Shown: positions 1 to 19,148 of the stretch, one piece after another | How the letters are laid out: every line of letters begins with the position of its first letter | Numbering within the stretch: position 1 is the first letter of the stretch | Assembly: GCF_009914755.1 (NCBI RefSeq) | Contig: NC_060943.1 | Source of the DNA: the human T2T-CHM13v2.0 reference genome, Homo sapiens | Strand: one strand, 5' to 3' | DNA length: 64,000 bases | The notes under the pieces: generated by a model | Databases searched by the model: none | The model's input: the letters and a program-made list of their open reading frames with translations, nothing else | Told to the model about the DNA's origin: nothing | Program-made: the position numbers and the translations under genes

Positions 1-18
1 GCCGAGGCAGACGGATCA

Positions 19-342
<324 letters not shown>

Positions 343-1704
343 TCAAGCGATCCTCCTGCTTCAGCTTCCTGAGTAGCTGGGACTACAGGCGTGTGCCACC
401 ACACCTGGCTAAGTTTTTAAATTTTTTGCAGAGCCAGGGTCTTGCCATGTTGCCCAGGCTGGTCTTGAACTCCTGAACTCAAGTGATCCTCCTGCCTCAG
501 CTTCCTGAGTAGCTGGGATTACAGGCATGCGCCACCATGCCTAGCTAACTTAAAAAAAAATTTTTGTAGAGATGCGATCTCACTATGTTGCTCAGGCTGG
601 TTTCCAATTCCTGGGCTCAAGCAGTCCTCCCGCGTTGGCCTCCCAAAGTGCTAGGATTACCGGTGCAAGCCACCACACACCTGGCCATCTTTGTCATCTT
701 CTATTGGTTAGAAGCAAGTCAGGTTCTGCTGGAACTCAAGGAGAGGGGATTATACAAAGGCTTGGATGCCAGGAGGTAGGAATTTTTGGGAAATCACCCC
801 AGGGTCTGTACACCACAAAGGCATCCCCAGGAAATGTGAGAAGAGGTATGGGTAGGAACTAATACAGGGTGTATTAGTGCACAGGTGTCTGCTATGGGCT
901 ATCCCATTGGGGACTTTGGGGTGACTGTGTAGACTATGCCTTGGAGTTGTCCCACCCTGGGGACAGGGAAGCCGGGTATTTATCCACTAAATCCCATCCA
1001 TCATTGGTTAAATGCTGCTCCTTGTGGTGTTAATGATGGAAACTCTCTATTGCCTATAACTGACACCACAATTCTTTACACTGGCATTTACAATTTCCCC
1101 TTGCCCTGCCTCATTTTCCTCTGTGACCCCTGCCATGGTCACCCTCCACTGCAGCCTTAGACTAGCGATGGCCCTGAATTTCCTCCCTGTTCACTGAGAT
1201 CTTCCTGATCCTCATCCAGCCTTCCATGGCCTCAGACCACTGAGCTCTCTCCCGTTGCAGAAATCCTGCAGAACATTTTTCCTGGACCCCTTACTGGGTG
1301 TAGGGGACCCCAGAATAACTCATGTCCAGGCTCCTTTTTTTGAGGATCCTCTGGGATGGGTGGAGGAGTCACAGCTGGACAAGATGCTTTTAGTTCTATG
1401 TGGTCAGGGCTGGAAGAATGGAGCCCCAGGGATGGAGCCCAGGAATGGAGGAGATGGGATGTGGGTGAGATTCAGAAAAAGCTTTATGGAGGAAGGCTGA
1501 GCTTATCTTTTTGTCTCCTTACCCCAAAACCTCCCTCCCAACTTTGATGCTGGAGCCTGCTGTTCCTTCTCTGATCAGAATCCTCTCTCTTCATGTCTCA
1601 CCCCTGTCCTAACAGGGGTGCTATGAATCCACTCTTCTGGCCCCCACCATTAGATCACTGATGTGATCTAACCACATCAGTCTCCTGCTGAAAGACCTCC
1701 AATG

Positions 1705-3120
<1,416 letters not shown>

Positions 3121-3798
3121 ACTGGCTTGAATCTGGATCCAAATGTAATCCCAGCACTTTGGGAGGCTGGCATGGTGGCTCACATCTGCAATCCCAGCAC
3201 TTTGGGAGGTGAAGGAGAGCGGGTCACTTGAGCCCAGGAGTTCAAGACCAGCCTGGGCAACATAGCGAAACCCCGTCTCTACAGAAAATACAAAAATAAG
3301 CTGGGTGTGGTGGCGCATGCCTGTAATCCCAGCTACTTGGAAGGCTGAGGCAGGAGAATCACTTGAGGCAACATGGTTTTATACATACGTGAAGGAGATA
3401 CACCTTCTACCCCTTGGAGATACCTTCAAAATATTCAAGGGGGCATGTGAAATGGGATGATATCTGAAACAATATCAAATTTAGAAAGAGGGTAGTTGAT
3501 AAAGTCAGCAAGGCAGGACATTGAAACTATTGAATTTAAGTGATGGATTTATGGGTATTTCTTAGACTATTGTCCTCTCCTTTTGGAAGGAGAGGAAAGT
3601 TTGCACACTGGATTTGTTGGATGCATTTCCTACTAAAAAAAAATCAATAAATATTTTCCCTTTACACTCTCTACGCCTACTGCTGTTTTTTCTTAAGCTA
3701 TTGGATACACTAGGTTGCTTGTCCTGTAGATTTTTCCAGTGTGATTTCACCCTTGCAGTGTCATTGCACGTATTCTTCTATCCCCTAACCCTGTAAAC

Positions 3799-4118
3799 CA
3801 GAGCTTGGCAAATATTTTCTATAAAGGGCCCAATACTAAATACTTTTGGCTCTGTGAGTTATGCAGTCCCTGTCACGGCAACTTAATCCTTCCATTTAAG
3901 TGCAAAAGCTGTCATAGACAGTATACAAATAGACGGGAGTCACTGTAGACCAATAAAAATCTTTATGGATGCTGGAATTTTAATTGCATATACTTTTTGT
4001 GTTATAAAATATTATTCTTCTTTTGACTTAAAAATGTGAAACTATTCTTAACTTGTGAGCTGTACAAAAATTGGAGGTGGGGCAGGATTGTGTCCACGGG
4101 CCAGTTTGCTGACCCCTG
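3799..4118. mobile_element. MER58-type hAT-Charlie MITE
   Basis: CAGAGCTTGGCAAA...TTTGCTGACCCCTG terminal inverted repeats. Confidence 0.65.
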
Positions 4119-4766
4119 CTGTAAGCTGGTAATCTGAACATAAGACTTGATCAGAGTCGGGTTCAATTCTGGGAGACAGAGGGAGATTTAAATACCCTGT
4201 AAGGGAGATTAAAACGCCCTGTGGGTGAAGCTAGACTCTGGGGAATTGGTTTTATTAAGGAAATGTCATTTCGTTGAACGTGATCATGGCGGCATGGTTT
4301 TATACGTACATGGAGGAGATATACCTTTTATCCCTTGGAGATACATTCAAAATATTCAAGGGGGGATGTGAAATGGGATGATATCTGAAATAATATCAAA
4401 TTTAGAAAGAGGGTAGTTGATAAAGTCAGCGTGGCAGGACATTGAAACTATTGAAATGAAGTGATGAATTTATGGGAGTTTCTTAGACAATTTTCCTCTT
4501 TTTTGTGCATGTTCATAAATTGCCCTAATAATTTATTTATTTTTTTGAGACAGGGTTTCACCCCTGTTGCCCAGGCTGGAGGGCAGTGGCACAACCTTGG
4601 CTCACTGCAACCTCCGCCCCTGCCAGGCTTAAGCGATTCTCCTGCCTCAGCCTCCCGAGTAGCTGGGACTGCATGTGCATGCCACCACACCCAGCTTATT
4701 TTTGTATTTTTTGTAGAGACAGGGTTTTGCGATGTTGCCCAGGCTGGTCTTGAAGTCCTGGGCTCA

Positions 4767-4871
<105 letters not shown>

Positions 4872-5365
4872 TTAAAAAGTATTCTAATGGTCTTCCATTA
4901 GAAATCTTCCATTACACTTAAAATAAAATTCTAATGGCTTATACAAAGTCCTTCCTCTTCTGTCTCCTCCACCCCTCTGGCCACTGCTCACTGCACCCCG
5001 CCCTCCTCCTCACTCTTCACCTCTGGACTCCAGAGACTCTGGGTTTCCTTTGATTCCTGGATGTCTTCAAGCTCCTTCCTGCTTCAGAGCCTCTGCACAA
5101 GCTGCTCCCTTTGCCTAGAGCCCTCGGCCCTCCAGTCTTTGTTTTATCAACTCAAAGGTTAAATGTCAGAATCCTTTGCATTCCCAAATCCTGGTCATGA
5201 GCCATGTTATCTAAGGATATTCAAGGATTCCAAACTCAAATGCTTACAGGGGCCAAGTAATTGGTATAAACATGTAAAGTAAGCTGGATTCTGTTTTTAA
5301 CACTCATAGGCACACACCTTGATTATTTAAAATATAGAAAACATTCTTTATTTGCCACAAAGGAC

Positions 5366-7138
<1,773 letters not shown>

Positions 7139-7590
7139 AACGATGAACTCTCCTTTTTCTTAAAACTTTGGTCATCTCAGGCTGTTATATATTTTCTCAC
7201 CTTTGATGGAGAAGTGACAACTTCTCTGTGCCTGGATTTCCCCATCCATAAAATAGGAGTCAAAATAGTACCTCCCTGCAAGGTTATTGTGAGAATTAAA
7301 TAAGTTAAAGTGAATGAGTAACACTTATCATGGTGCATAGTGAGTACTCCAGAAATGTGAAGTATAATTAATATTACTATTACTTAAAAACAACAGCACA
7401 AGTATGATGATGAAAGGCGACTGGCATTCAGCCTCAGTGTGAGAGACAACTGGGAGTGGTGGGGACTGTGGTGAGCTGCTGAGCCCATGCCCTATCCAAA
7501 GGAGACAGCCACTATCCAACCTGGGCTGTTGTCACAGCTTCTACCTCCCCAAGAAAACCCAGAAATCTGGATTTGTCCATGTCTATGTGA

Positions 7591-7803
<213 letters not shown>

Positions 7804-8263
7804 TAGGCTGGTCTCGAATTCCTGACCTCAGGGGATCCACCCACTTCAGCCTGCCAAAGTGCTGGGATTACAGGCGTGAGCCACCCACGTGCAAAATTTT
7901 TGAATATTTATATAATGGTTACCAATTCCCATTTAAAAAACACACTAGATGTGGCCTGTGAATGTAAGGCCACTTTTGATGTAATAACTGAAAAGAATCA
8001 GAAATTTAAATGTGCACATGATTACAGCATGCTTACAAAAAGAATAGCTACGAAGGATTCAAGAGCTCACTGTGGGCCAAGCTCTGTAAAAGTACCTAAG
8101 GGTTCAAGCCATGTAATCTCACAATAAGCAGGGTAAGGTAGAGGCCACTTTTCATCGTCTTTTAAAGATGAGGAAACTGAGGCCCAGAGATGCCAAGGAT
8201 GAATACTAAGGTCACCCATCTGGGAAGTGACAGAGTGGGGATTTGACCTCAGGGGGTCTGGCT

Positions 8264-9545
<1,282 letters not shown>

Positions 9546-9602
9546 CAGGCTCCAGGATAAGAACCATCCTGCTTCTCTGCAACGATGCGTCTCAAGTGTT
9601 CA

Positions 9603-9995
<393 letters not shown>

Positions 9996-10319
9996 TTACT
10001 TCTACCACCTCTTGGTCTTGGCAAGAGATGAAGAGGGGGGAGGATTTCCTGCCCAGGGGGTGGGGGTAGGGTGAGGACGGTGGACTTCAGGTCCTGAGGA
10101 AGAGCTGATGGTGGTGGTGGGTTGGTGGGTGCGGTAAGGAGGCAATCTGAAAAGAAGCTGGAGCGCAGGAGGCGAAAAGAGGAAATGAGGTAGATAAACT
10201 TCTCAGAAGTGAAAAGTAGGTTAGCAGCCTGGTATAGGAGGTCTCTGTCCCTATACTTTATTGAAGGTCAAGTACGGGTGTACAGTCTCTTGTTGCACCA
10301 GCTTCTGTCTTTGTGGGGT

Positions 10320-10565
10320 TTTTCCTTGTTCTCCTCCCATCTTTTCCTCCCCTCCCTGTCTTTCCTTTCTCTCCTCTCTTTCCCCTTCATCTCCTTCCCC
10401 TCTCCACTCCTCCTCTGGCTCTCCCCTTTTTTCCCTCTCCATCCTCCTCCTCCTCCTCCTGCCACCTCCTCCTCCTTTCCCCCTCTTTCTTCATCTGCCC
10501 TTCCCCATCTCTTTCCATCCTCCTCCTCACCCACGTCTCCTTCTTCCTCTCTCTCCAGCTCCTCC
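10320..10565. repeat. Polypyrimidine (CT/CCT) tract
   Basis: Almost entirely C/T on the + strand. Confidence 0.85.
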
Positions 10566-11349
10566 AGGTTGAGAGACGCCTCCCAGAATGATTTTTGGAG
10601 GCTAAACTTAGCAAGAGGTTCCATCCCCACGCGGAAGTTGGTAGCTGCTGGTGACTTTTATCAATACATGCTCTCCACACCTTGGTTTCCTCATCAAAGC
10701 CACAGAAACAGAAAGACTGTGATGAGAGTGAAGGAAACTCCAGCGGGGGTTGGGGCCAGGCGCTGGGGGCTCTCCTACCTCCCACCAGCCCAGCAAGGGC
10801 AGGGAAGGCAGGAAACTGCCCTGAATCCACTGCGTACCCTTGGCAGAGGTAAAGGGCATCCTTGCCTCTCTCGGTCCACAGTTCTGCGTCTAAGATGTGC
10901 AGACAGTAACAGCTCCTGCCCGAAGCCAAAAGATGCATATAAATGTATAACTCACACAAGACGCCTAGGCCTTGAATAGGCCGGGCACGGTGGCTCAAGC
11001 CTGTAATCCCAGCAGTCTGGGAGGCTGAGGGGGGTGGATCACCTGAGGTTGAGAGTTCGAGACCAGCCTGGCCAACATGGTGAAACCCCGTCTCTACTAA
11101 AAATACAAAAAGAAAAAAAAAATTAGCTGGTTGTGGTGGGCGCCTGTAATCCCAGCTACTGGGAGGCTGAGGCAGGAAAATCACTTGAACCCGGGAGGCA
11201 GAGGTTGCAGGTTGCAGTGAGCTGAGATCACAACATTGCACTCCAGCCTGGGAGACAGAGGGAGACTCAGCCTCAAAAAAAAAAAAAAAAAGAAAGAAAG
11301 AAATTCATTTATGTTTCATATATACCTTGTACACGTAGACTGAAGATAA

Positions 11350-11701
<352 letters not shown>

Positions 11702-11770
11702 TGACCAGGCTGGTCTCGAGCTCCTGACCTCAGGTGATCCACCTGCCTCGGCTGGAATTCCAAAGTGCTG

Positions 11771-12279
11771 CGTTGTAACCGGGCAAGTTATAGAGAAACG
11801 CCACACTCTTAGACTAATTAAGGAGTCCTTTATTAGCCGGCGACTGAGAGATGGCTAGCGCTCAAAATTCTCTCAGCCCCGAAGAAGGGGCTAGGTTTCT
11901 TTTTATACCTTGGTTTAGAAGGGGAGGAGGGAGCAGAGCTGAAGCAATTTTATGGAAGCAAAACAGGCAAGAAAATTAAAAAGATAAATGGTAAAAGGAA
12001 AACAAACAGTTCCAGGTGCAGGGGCTTTAAATCTATCACAAGGTGATAGACGCGGGGGCTTTGGGTGCTATCAACCGGACGAATTCCTGGGAATTGTGGA
12101 TATAGCTTGTCACAGTATCTTATCAGTAATCGCATTCTTGGATGTGCTGGGAGTCAGCTTAAGTCCTTGAGGAAGGGGGGTGGGTGAGGGACTGCAAATG
12201 AAGGAGCCAAAATGGAGTCTGTCTGGCTTTCTCAGCTAAGGGAGGGTCAATCAGGTTAAAAACAAGGTAGGGTATGACA
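11771..12279 (-). mobile_element. HERV-T 3' LTR (509 bp)
   Basis: Colinear with the 5' LTR, 34 mismatches and no indels by hand alignment; preceded by purine tract GAGTGGGGAA (12289-12280). Confidence 0.93.
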
Positions 12280-12683
12280 TTCCCCACTCGTGTTTTGGGG
12301 AATCGAATCATTGATTCCTCGGTTATAACAAGGGGGTTATATTGGGTCCTAAGATACATAAGTTTGACAGAAGCTATGCGCTGCTTTATAAAGTTAAGAA
12401 CCTATTTAATACACAAGGCCTGAAGACTAACAAGAGGAGGAGAATGGGTCCTGCCAATCCAGTAATGAGAGTCGTCAGCCATGGATTCCAATTAAGCATG
12501 TTTTGGTACCAGGGGGTGTTATTTTCTCGTTTTTGCTGGCATCTATCTAGATTTTCTCGAACTTTTTGGAGAGTATCTTTTATGACTCCAGACTGATTGG
12601 CATAGAAACAACGACTCTCTCCTAGAGCTGTGTGTAGCCCTCCTTGGGAGAGAAATAGCAGATCTAAGCCTCGGCGGTTTTGA

Positions 12684-13060
<377 letters not shown>

Positions 13061-13486
13061 AGCATCTACTTGTTGAGACAGGGACATTAGTCCGGTCTCT
13101 CCTTGAACCAGGGCAGCCGTGCCAATGGCTGCTGATCCAGCTATGCTAAGGCCGGCCAGAAGGGGCACAAGGAGTGGGGCAGCTCGGTGAAACCTGGAAT
13201 GTAATTCAGGGGGAGCGATGAGAAGCTGTCCTTCTGGCCCACTGTACGTGTAGACCTGGGGGAGCACATGAACCAACACGCACAGGAGGGGTCCTGGTTC
13301 AGTCCCATTGATGCAGCGAGTGAGACCTAAAGTGCAGGCTAACCAGGTATTGTTAGGTGCCTGGCAGGAGACTGAGGCACTTAAGGGAGGAAGTAGAGAC
13401 TGATTACAGGTAGCCTGTAAGGGAGAAGTAGAGAAGTTATATCCAGTGCTAATTAGAGAAGAAGTATTCCCGGACATGTCTCCTAG

Positions 13487-13835
<349 letters not shown>

Positions 13836-14750
13836 GAAAGAAAGCCCATTTTAAGCATAGCTTCTACTCCTAATCCAACATCATATGGGGGTTTGGCCTT
13901 CAGGCACAACCAACAATCTCGGGCTAGTTGAGGCCGGGTGAGATTAAGGAGGTGCTGTACCCTGTCCAGAATGGACATCAGGCTGGGTTGGAGGTGTTGC
14001 CGTTGCAGCTGAGGTTTAGAAACCAGGAACGGCGGTGGGAAAGTTAAATCGACCCTGTCTGGGTGTTTTGGGAACATAGGATTACCTAAATCAGTTAAAG
14101 GTCCGATTGGCTTAGGAGAGCTCTATGGGACCAGGATTTTTTCTGGATGGTGAACATAGTTCCAACATTAAATCCTGAGATATAAAGCCTTAATCCCCAT
14201 GACATGCCATAATACCATTGAGCTGTACCAGGGTTACGGATAGTTGTAGGAAGAGGGTTGCAATTTCTCATAGTACACAGTCTAGGATGGGAAGTGCGAG
14301 TTATGGAGAGGGTTGAGGACTGGGTTGATCCTCCAGGGTAAGTGGCTAGGGTTACACAGGACCAGCGAGGGCAGAAAAACTGATAAGAATCTTGACAACT
14401 TCAGTCAGGGTGATTTCCAAGACAGAGGTAAAAGTCAGCCTCCTGGAGTCCTTTTTCTGCACCTTTAGAGCTTCCACATGCAGTCCGGCTTCCTATGTGT
14501 CCAAACCCTGCTGCAAGGTCGACGTTCCCTGTTCCCATGACCGGCAGATTGCGTTGCTCTTCACGGGTGAGGGCAGGCTCTGGGAACAAAGCACATAAAT
14601 CGACTGCAAAAGAGACTTCCTTGGAGGTCCCCGCCTTCCAGGTGGTGATTGCAAACACACGTCCTGTCGTGAAAGAAGTAAGGAGAAAAGAGTAGGAAGG
14701 AGCAGAGGGCATGACAGGTGGAAACAAACAAAAGAGGTAAATAAAAAGAA

Positions 14751-15273
<523 letters not shown>

Positions 15274-15341
15274 GAGAAATTTTGTAACATGCGTTGGAGA
15301 GGGCTCCAATCTCTACAGGGCTGGGAAGAAGAGTTTCCCAT
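15274..15341 (-). pseudogene. gag N-terminal stub (MA)
   Basis: [23 protein letters not shown]; strong Kozak AGAATGG; myristoylation-type MGxxxS; truncated at an Alu. Confidence 0.75.
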
Positions 15342-15575
15342 TCTGGAGGCAATTAACAAGGTTTAAGCAGAAATATAAAACCCAGCACGGACAGAGAAAT
15401 TCACGGCCTAGAGGGCTGCAGTATCGGAAGAACAGAGGTAGATGTGCGGGGTAAGGGATGGGGATGAGGAGGAAAAGGAGCCACTCGGATCTTCTCAGGC
15501 TGGGAGGAGCCGTGCTGGGCAGCGCTGGGTCGCCAGGACTACTCCGCAGTCCCCCCGCCCCGCCTCCAGGCCCCG

Positions 15576-15956
15576 TCAGGCGCTGCAAGCCCAGCTCAGA
15601 AGCCCGGGCCCGGGACCAAGGTCACCGCAGCAGTCCGGGCCCCTGCGTTCTGAGCCGGGTGCGGACGCGCCGGTAGTCGGGGAAGTCAGGGTCTTTGACG
15701 CCTGAAGGCGCAGGAGCGGGGGTCCCTGGGGGAGAGGGTCCAGCACCGTCACCTCCCACTCCTCATCCGTGGGTTGGGGAGCCCCTGCTGTGGGGGAAGG
15801 AGGCTGTTTCGTTTGTAAACTGGCGGAGGAGTGGCCCCTGGGCCTGGCAACCCGAAGAGACACGCCTGAGACCCCCTGTAATAGAAAATCTGCACTAAAG
15901 GACTTTGAAGAAGTCCTTGCCCAGTCGTCTTGGGCAATATGGGTGACCTGACCCAT
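15576..15956 (-). CDS. Candidate HERV-T pre-gag ORF (126 aa), function unknown
   Basis: MGQVTHIAQDDWARTSSKSF...; lies between leader and gag; a hydrophobic frame at 15588-15313 continues it after a frameshift. Confidence 0.35.
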   Translation of the reverse strand: MGQVTHIAQDDWARTSSKSFSADFLLQGVSGVSLRVARPRGHSSASLQTKQPPSPTAGAPQPTDEEWEVTVLDPLPQGPPLLRLQASKTLTSPTTGASAPGSERRGPDCCGDLGPGPGLLSWACSA

Positions 15957-16433
15957 GAAATTTAGACAGACACCAAACAGGACAATAGACACTAAACAGG
16001 ACAATAGACACTAGGGTATATAGACAATTATGACAATTTTTATAGACAGACAAGGGGTGGGGGTCCCGTGATGGGATCAGTCAGATGCCCGCCTGGCCAC
16101 TCCCCTTGTGAGGACTCAGGCTCCTCTTAGCTTTGGCAGGCCGGTATAAACGCCCGTTCAGATCCAGCTATGCTCAATGCTGCCCTAAGCCTTATGAGGT
16201 CACCACGGAACCACAGGTGAGGGCCCACTCGAACTCTGTAGCTTTTGCCGTGGAGCTACAAACTGAAAATTCAAGCGCGAGCCCTTGACCTCCACATTCA
16301 CTCACTCACTCACACAGAGTTTATTACAATTCTTCAATACCCGTTTTAAAACAGAGGTCTCCTTGAGACCTCAACGAGAGGAGAAGAGATAGAGAGAGAG
16401 AGAAAGAAAGAGACTAGTCTTACAGAGATGCCT

Positions 16434-16631
16434 GACAGAAACCAGGACTCTGTCCTCCAGCATCCTGGAATTTGGACAGAGTCAGAGGGATGCCCTCATC
16501 AGAGCCGCTTCCCTCCCAGAGAAACAGAGTCAGACAGAAACCAGGACTCTGTCCTCCAGCGTCCTGGAATATGGACAGAGTCAGAGGGACGCCCTCATCA
16601 GGGCCACCTCCCTCCCAGAGAAACAGAGTCA
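16434..16631. repeat. 99-bp tandem duplication in proviral leader
   Basis: Copies 16434-16532 and 16533-16631 differ by about 5 substitutions. Confidence 0.9.
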
Positions 16632-16637
16632 AATCTG

Positions 16638-16646
16638 ACTTACCTT
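16638..16646 (-). promoter_or_regulatory. Proviral major splice donor AAG|GTAAGT
   Basis: Consensus donor ~190 nt after the PBS. Confidence 0.65.
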
Positions 16647-16829
16647 CCCGGGACCAGACACTGAGGACTCAGGAGTTGAATTTGGTTGAGGACACCGGCA
16701 GCCGATCCGTTCCCCTCTGGAAGACGGTGGCCTACACGTCCCTGGAACGTCTTTAGGTGGCGCCTCCCCTATAAGCTCGCCGTCTGTCCAGGGGAGCCCG
16801 GAACGGGTCCAGATTTCACCCGGTGGCGG

Positions 16830-16847
16830 ATCTCGCTGTGGCCTCCA
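16830..16847 (-). promoter_or_regulatory. Primer binding site, tRNA-Thr
   Basis: TGGAGGCCACAGCGAGAT, 17/18 complementary to tRNA-Thr(TGT) 3' end ATCTCGCTGGGGCCTCCA; 2 nt after the LTR. Confidence 0.85.
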
Positions 16848-16849
16848 AA

Positions 16850-17358
16850 TGTTGTAACTGAGTGAGTTATAGAGAAATGCCACACTCTTAGACTAATTCA
16901 GGAGTCCTTTATTAGCCGGCGACTGAGAGACGGCTAGCGCTCAAAATTCTCTCCACCCCAAAGAAGGGGCTAGGTTTCTTTTTATACCTTGGTTTAGAAG
17001 GGGAAGAGGGAGCCGAGCTGAAGCAATTTTACAGAAGCAAAACAGGCAAGAAAGTGAAAAAGATAAATGGTAACAGAAAAACAAACAGTTCCAGGTGCAG
17101 GGGCTTTAAATGTATCACAAGGTGATAGACGCGGGGGCTTTGGGTGCTATCAACCAGACGAATTCCTGGGAACTGTGGATATAGCTTGTCACAGTATCTT
17201 ATCAGTAATCGCATTCTTGGATGTGCTGGGAGTCAGCTTAAGTCCTTGAGGAAGGGGGGTGGGTGAGAGACTGCAAGCGAAGAAGCCAAAATAGAGTCTG
17301 CCTGGCCCTCTCAGCTAAGGGAGAGTCAATCACGTTAAACACAAGGTAGGGTATCACA
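16850..17358 (-). mobile_element. HERV-T 5' LTR (509 bp, TG...CA)
   Basis: Begins TGTGATAC, ends TTACAACA; TATA and AATAAA present; followed by PBS. Confidence 0.93.
16908..16913 (-). terminator. AATAAA in HERV-T 5' LTR (candidate distal TNFSF14 poly(A) signal)
   Basis: TTTATT on + strand, ~70 nt downstream of LTR TATA (TATAAAAAG ~16977-16985); same motif in 3' LTR at 11829-11834. Confidence 0.6.
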
Positions 17359-17831
17359 TTGGAATTACAGGCATGAGCCACTGCACCCAGCCGACATCAC
17401 CATCCTTCCTGACTCTGAATTTATATACTACTAACCAGCAATCATTTTCCTCCACCTATTCAACACAGAAGTACCTAACAGTAAAAGATGAGAGATACCT
17501 ATCTGGCATGTGAGAAAATGATATATAGCTACTGACGGGGATTTCCTTTGAGGATGCTGAGTAAACTTCGTGGTGTGTGCCTGCATTTCCACTGCAATCT
17601 ATCACATGTGATGAGTTGTGGAATTTCCCACTTGTGGCATCACACTGGGGCTCAAAGAGTTTCAGATTTTGGAGCATGTTTTTTTGTTTTTTGAGATGGG
17701 AGCCTTGCTCTGTCACCCAGGCTGGAGTGCAGTGGTGTGATCTCAGCTCACTGCAACCTCAACCTCCAGGGTTCCTGCCTCAGCCTCCCGAGTAGCTGGG
17801 GTTACAGGTGCCCCCCACCACACCCAGGTAA

Positions 17832-17996
<165 letters not shown>

Positions 17997-18792
17997 TGAA
18001 TCTGTACTGTTGTTCCTCTCCCCCCACAACCATCTTGCCGATGGGGAAACTGAAGCATTGAGAGGTGATGGAAATTGCTGGAGGTCATATAGCTGGTGAG
18101 TGGCAGAGTGGACTCAGAACCCAGGATCATCTGATTGCAAAATCTGTTTCCTTCATCTCTGTACTGTGCAACAATGACAAGAATACTATTGGCGATAACA
18201 ACAATAACCCACAAATTTTGACTTGTCATTCACAACAACAACAAAACAATAATAACAATACATTCACCTCTGGGGTCGAAACCCATATCCTAGAATCCTA
18301 GGAACTAAGGATTCCCTCCAGCCACACTGCAGCAATGCTCATTTGCATAGACCCTCTAATTTGTATGCATATCATTATCTGCCCCCACCCAACCCACCAG
18401 CTCCCTGTGTTTTATGCTTCCAGCTGGCTTGGCGGATTGTCATTCTGTCCTGGATGTGTCTAATAAGGGCGTCTTGCGGGATGTAGCCTCTACTTCCTCA
18501 GGAATTGTGGATTGGAGAGGAAGCCAGATCCAGACGTGAGGTCTCTGGTTTCCCCCACATTTCCTGCATGGACTTGAGCCAACTGGGTCCAGGTTCCTCA
18601 TCTGTAGAATGACCTCCATGGGTCATTACCTCCATCCCTCTGCCTCTAGGAGCCACCACTTGTTGCTGATGGTTGCCCCCCATCCGACTCCTCCCTTTCC
18701 CTGTGGGGCTCTTTAGGCCTGACAATTCCTCTCCACCCTTCTTCAGTTTGTTCCCCTAAGAACTAGACAGATCCAGGTACAACTATTTGCCA

Positions 18793-18798
18793 TTTATT
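18793..18798 (-). terminator. Proximal AATAAA poly(A) signal of TNFSF14
   Basis: First minus-strand AATAAA I find after the stop (~1.8 kb downstream). Confidence 0.65.
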
Positions 18799-18892
18799 TC
18801 AAAGATCAGTGGTTAAGAGGCCCAGGGTTATGAACAAGGTCTGGTCCTCACCCCGAGATGTGTTAGTCTGGGCTGGGGAGGGCCCTCAGGCT

Positions 18893-19148
18893 GTGTGTAT
18901 ATGTGTGTAATGTTGTGTGTTTGTCATTGTGATGTGTGTGTGATGTGTGTGTCATTGTGATGTTGTGTGTGTGTAATGTGTTTGTCATTGTGATGTGTGT
19001 GTAATGTGTGTTTGTCATCGTGATGTTGTGTGTGTAATGTGTGTTTGTCATCGTGATGTTGTGTGTGTAATGTGTGTTTGTCATTGTGATGTTGTGTGTG
19101 TGTAATGTGTATTTGTCATGGTGATATTGTGTGTGTGTATGTGTGTAA
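18893..19148. repeat. ~33-bp TG-rich minisatellite in TNFSF14 3'UTR
   Basis: Unit TGTGTGTAATGTGTGTTTGTCATTGTGATGTTG. Confidence 0.85.

Noticed and set aside
10209-11241. 256-aa (+) and 284-aa (-) ORFs
   Set aside because: Open because of the CT-rich tract and an Alu; low-complexity products with no recognisable domain
16830-16847. tRNA-like sequence ending in CCA
   Set aside because: Only 18 nt; it is a retroviral PBS, not a tRNA gene
18341-18348. Perfect octamer ATTTGCAT
   Set aside because: Isolated 8-mer expected by chance in 64 kb
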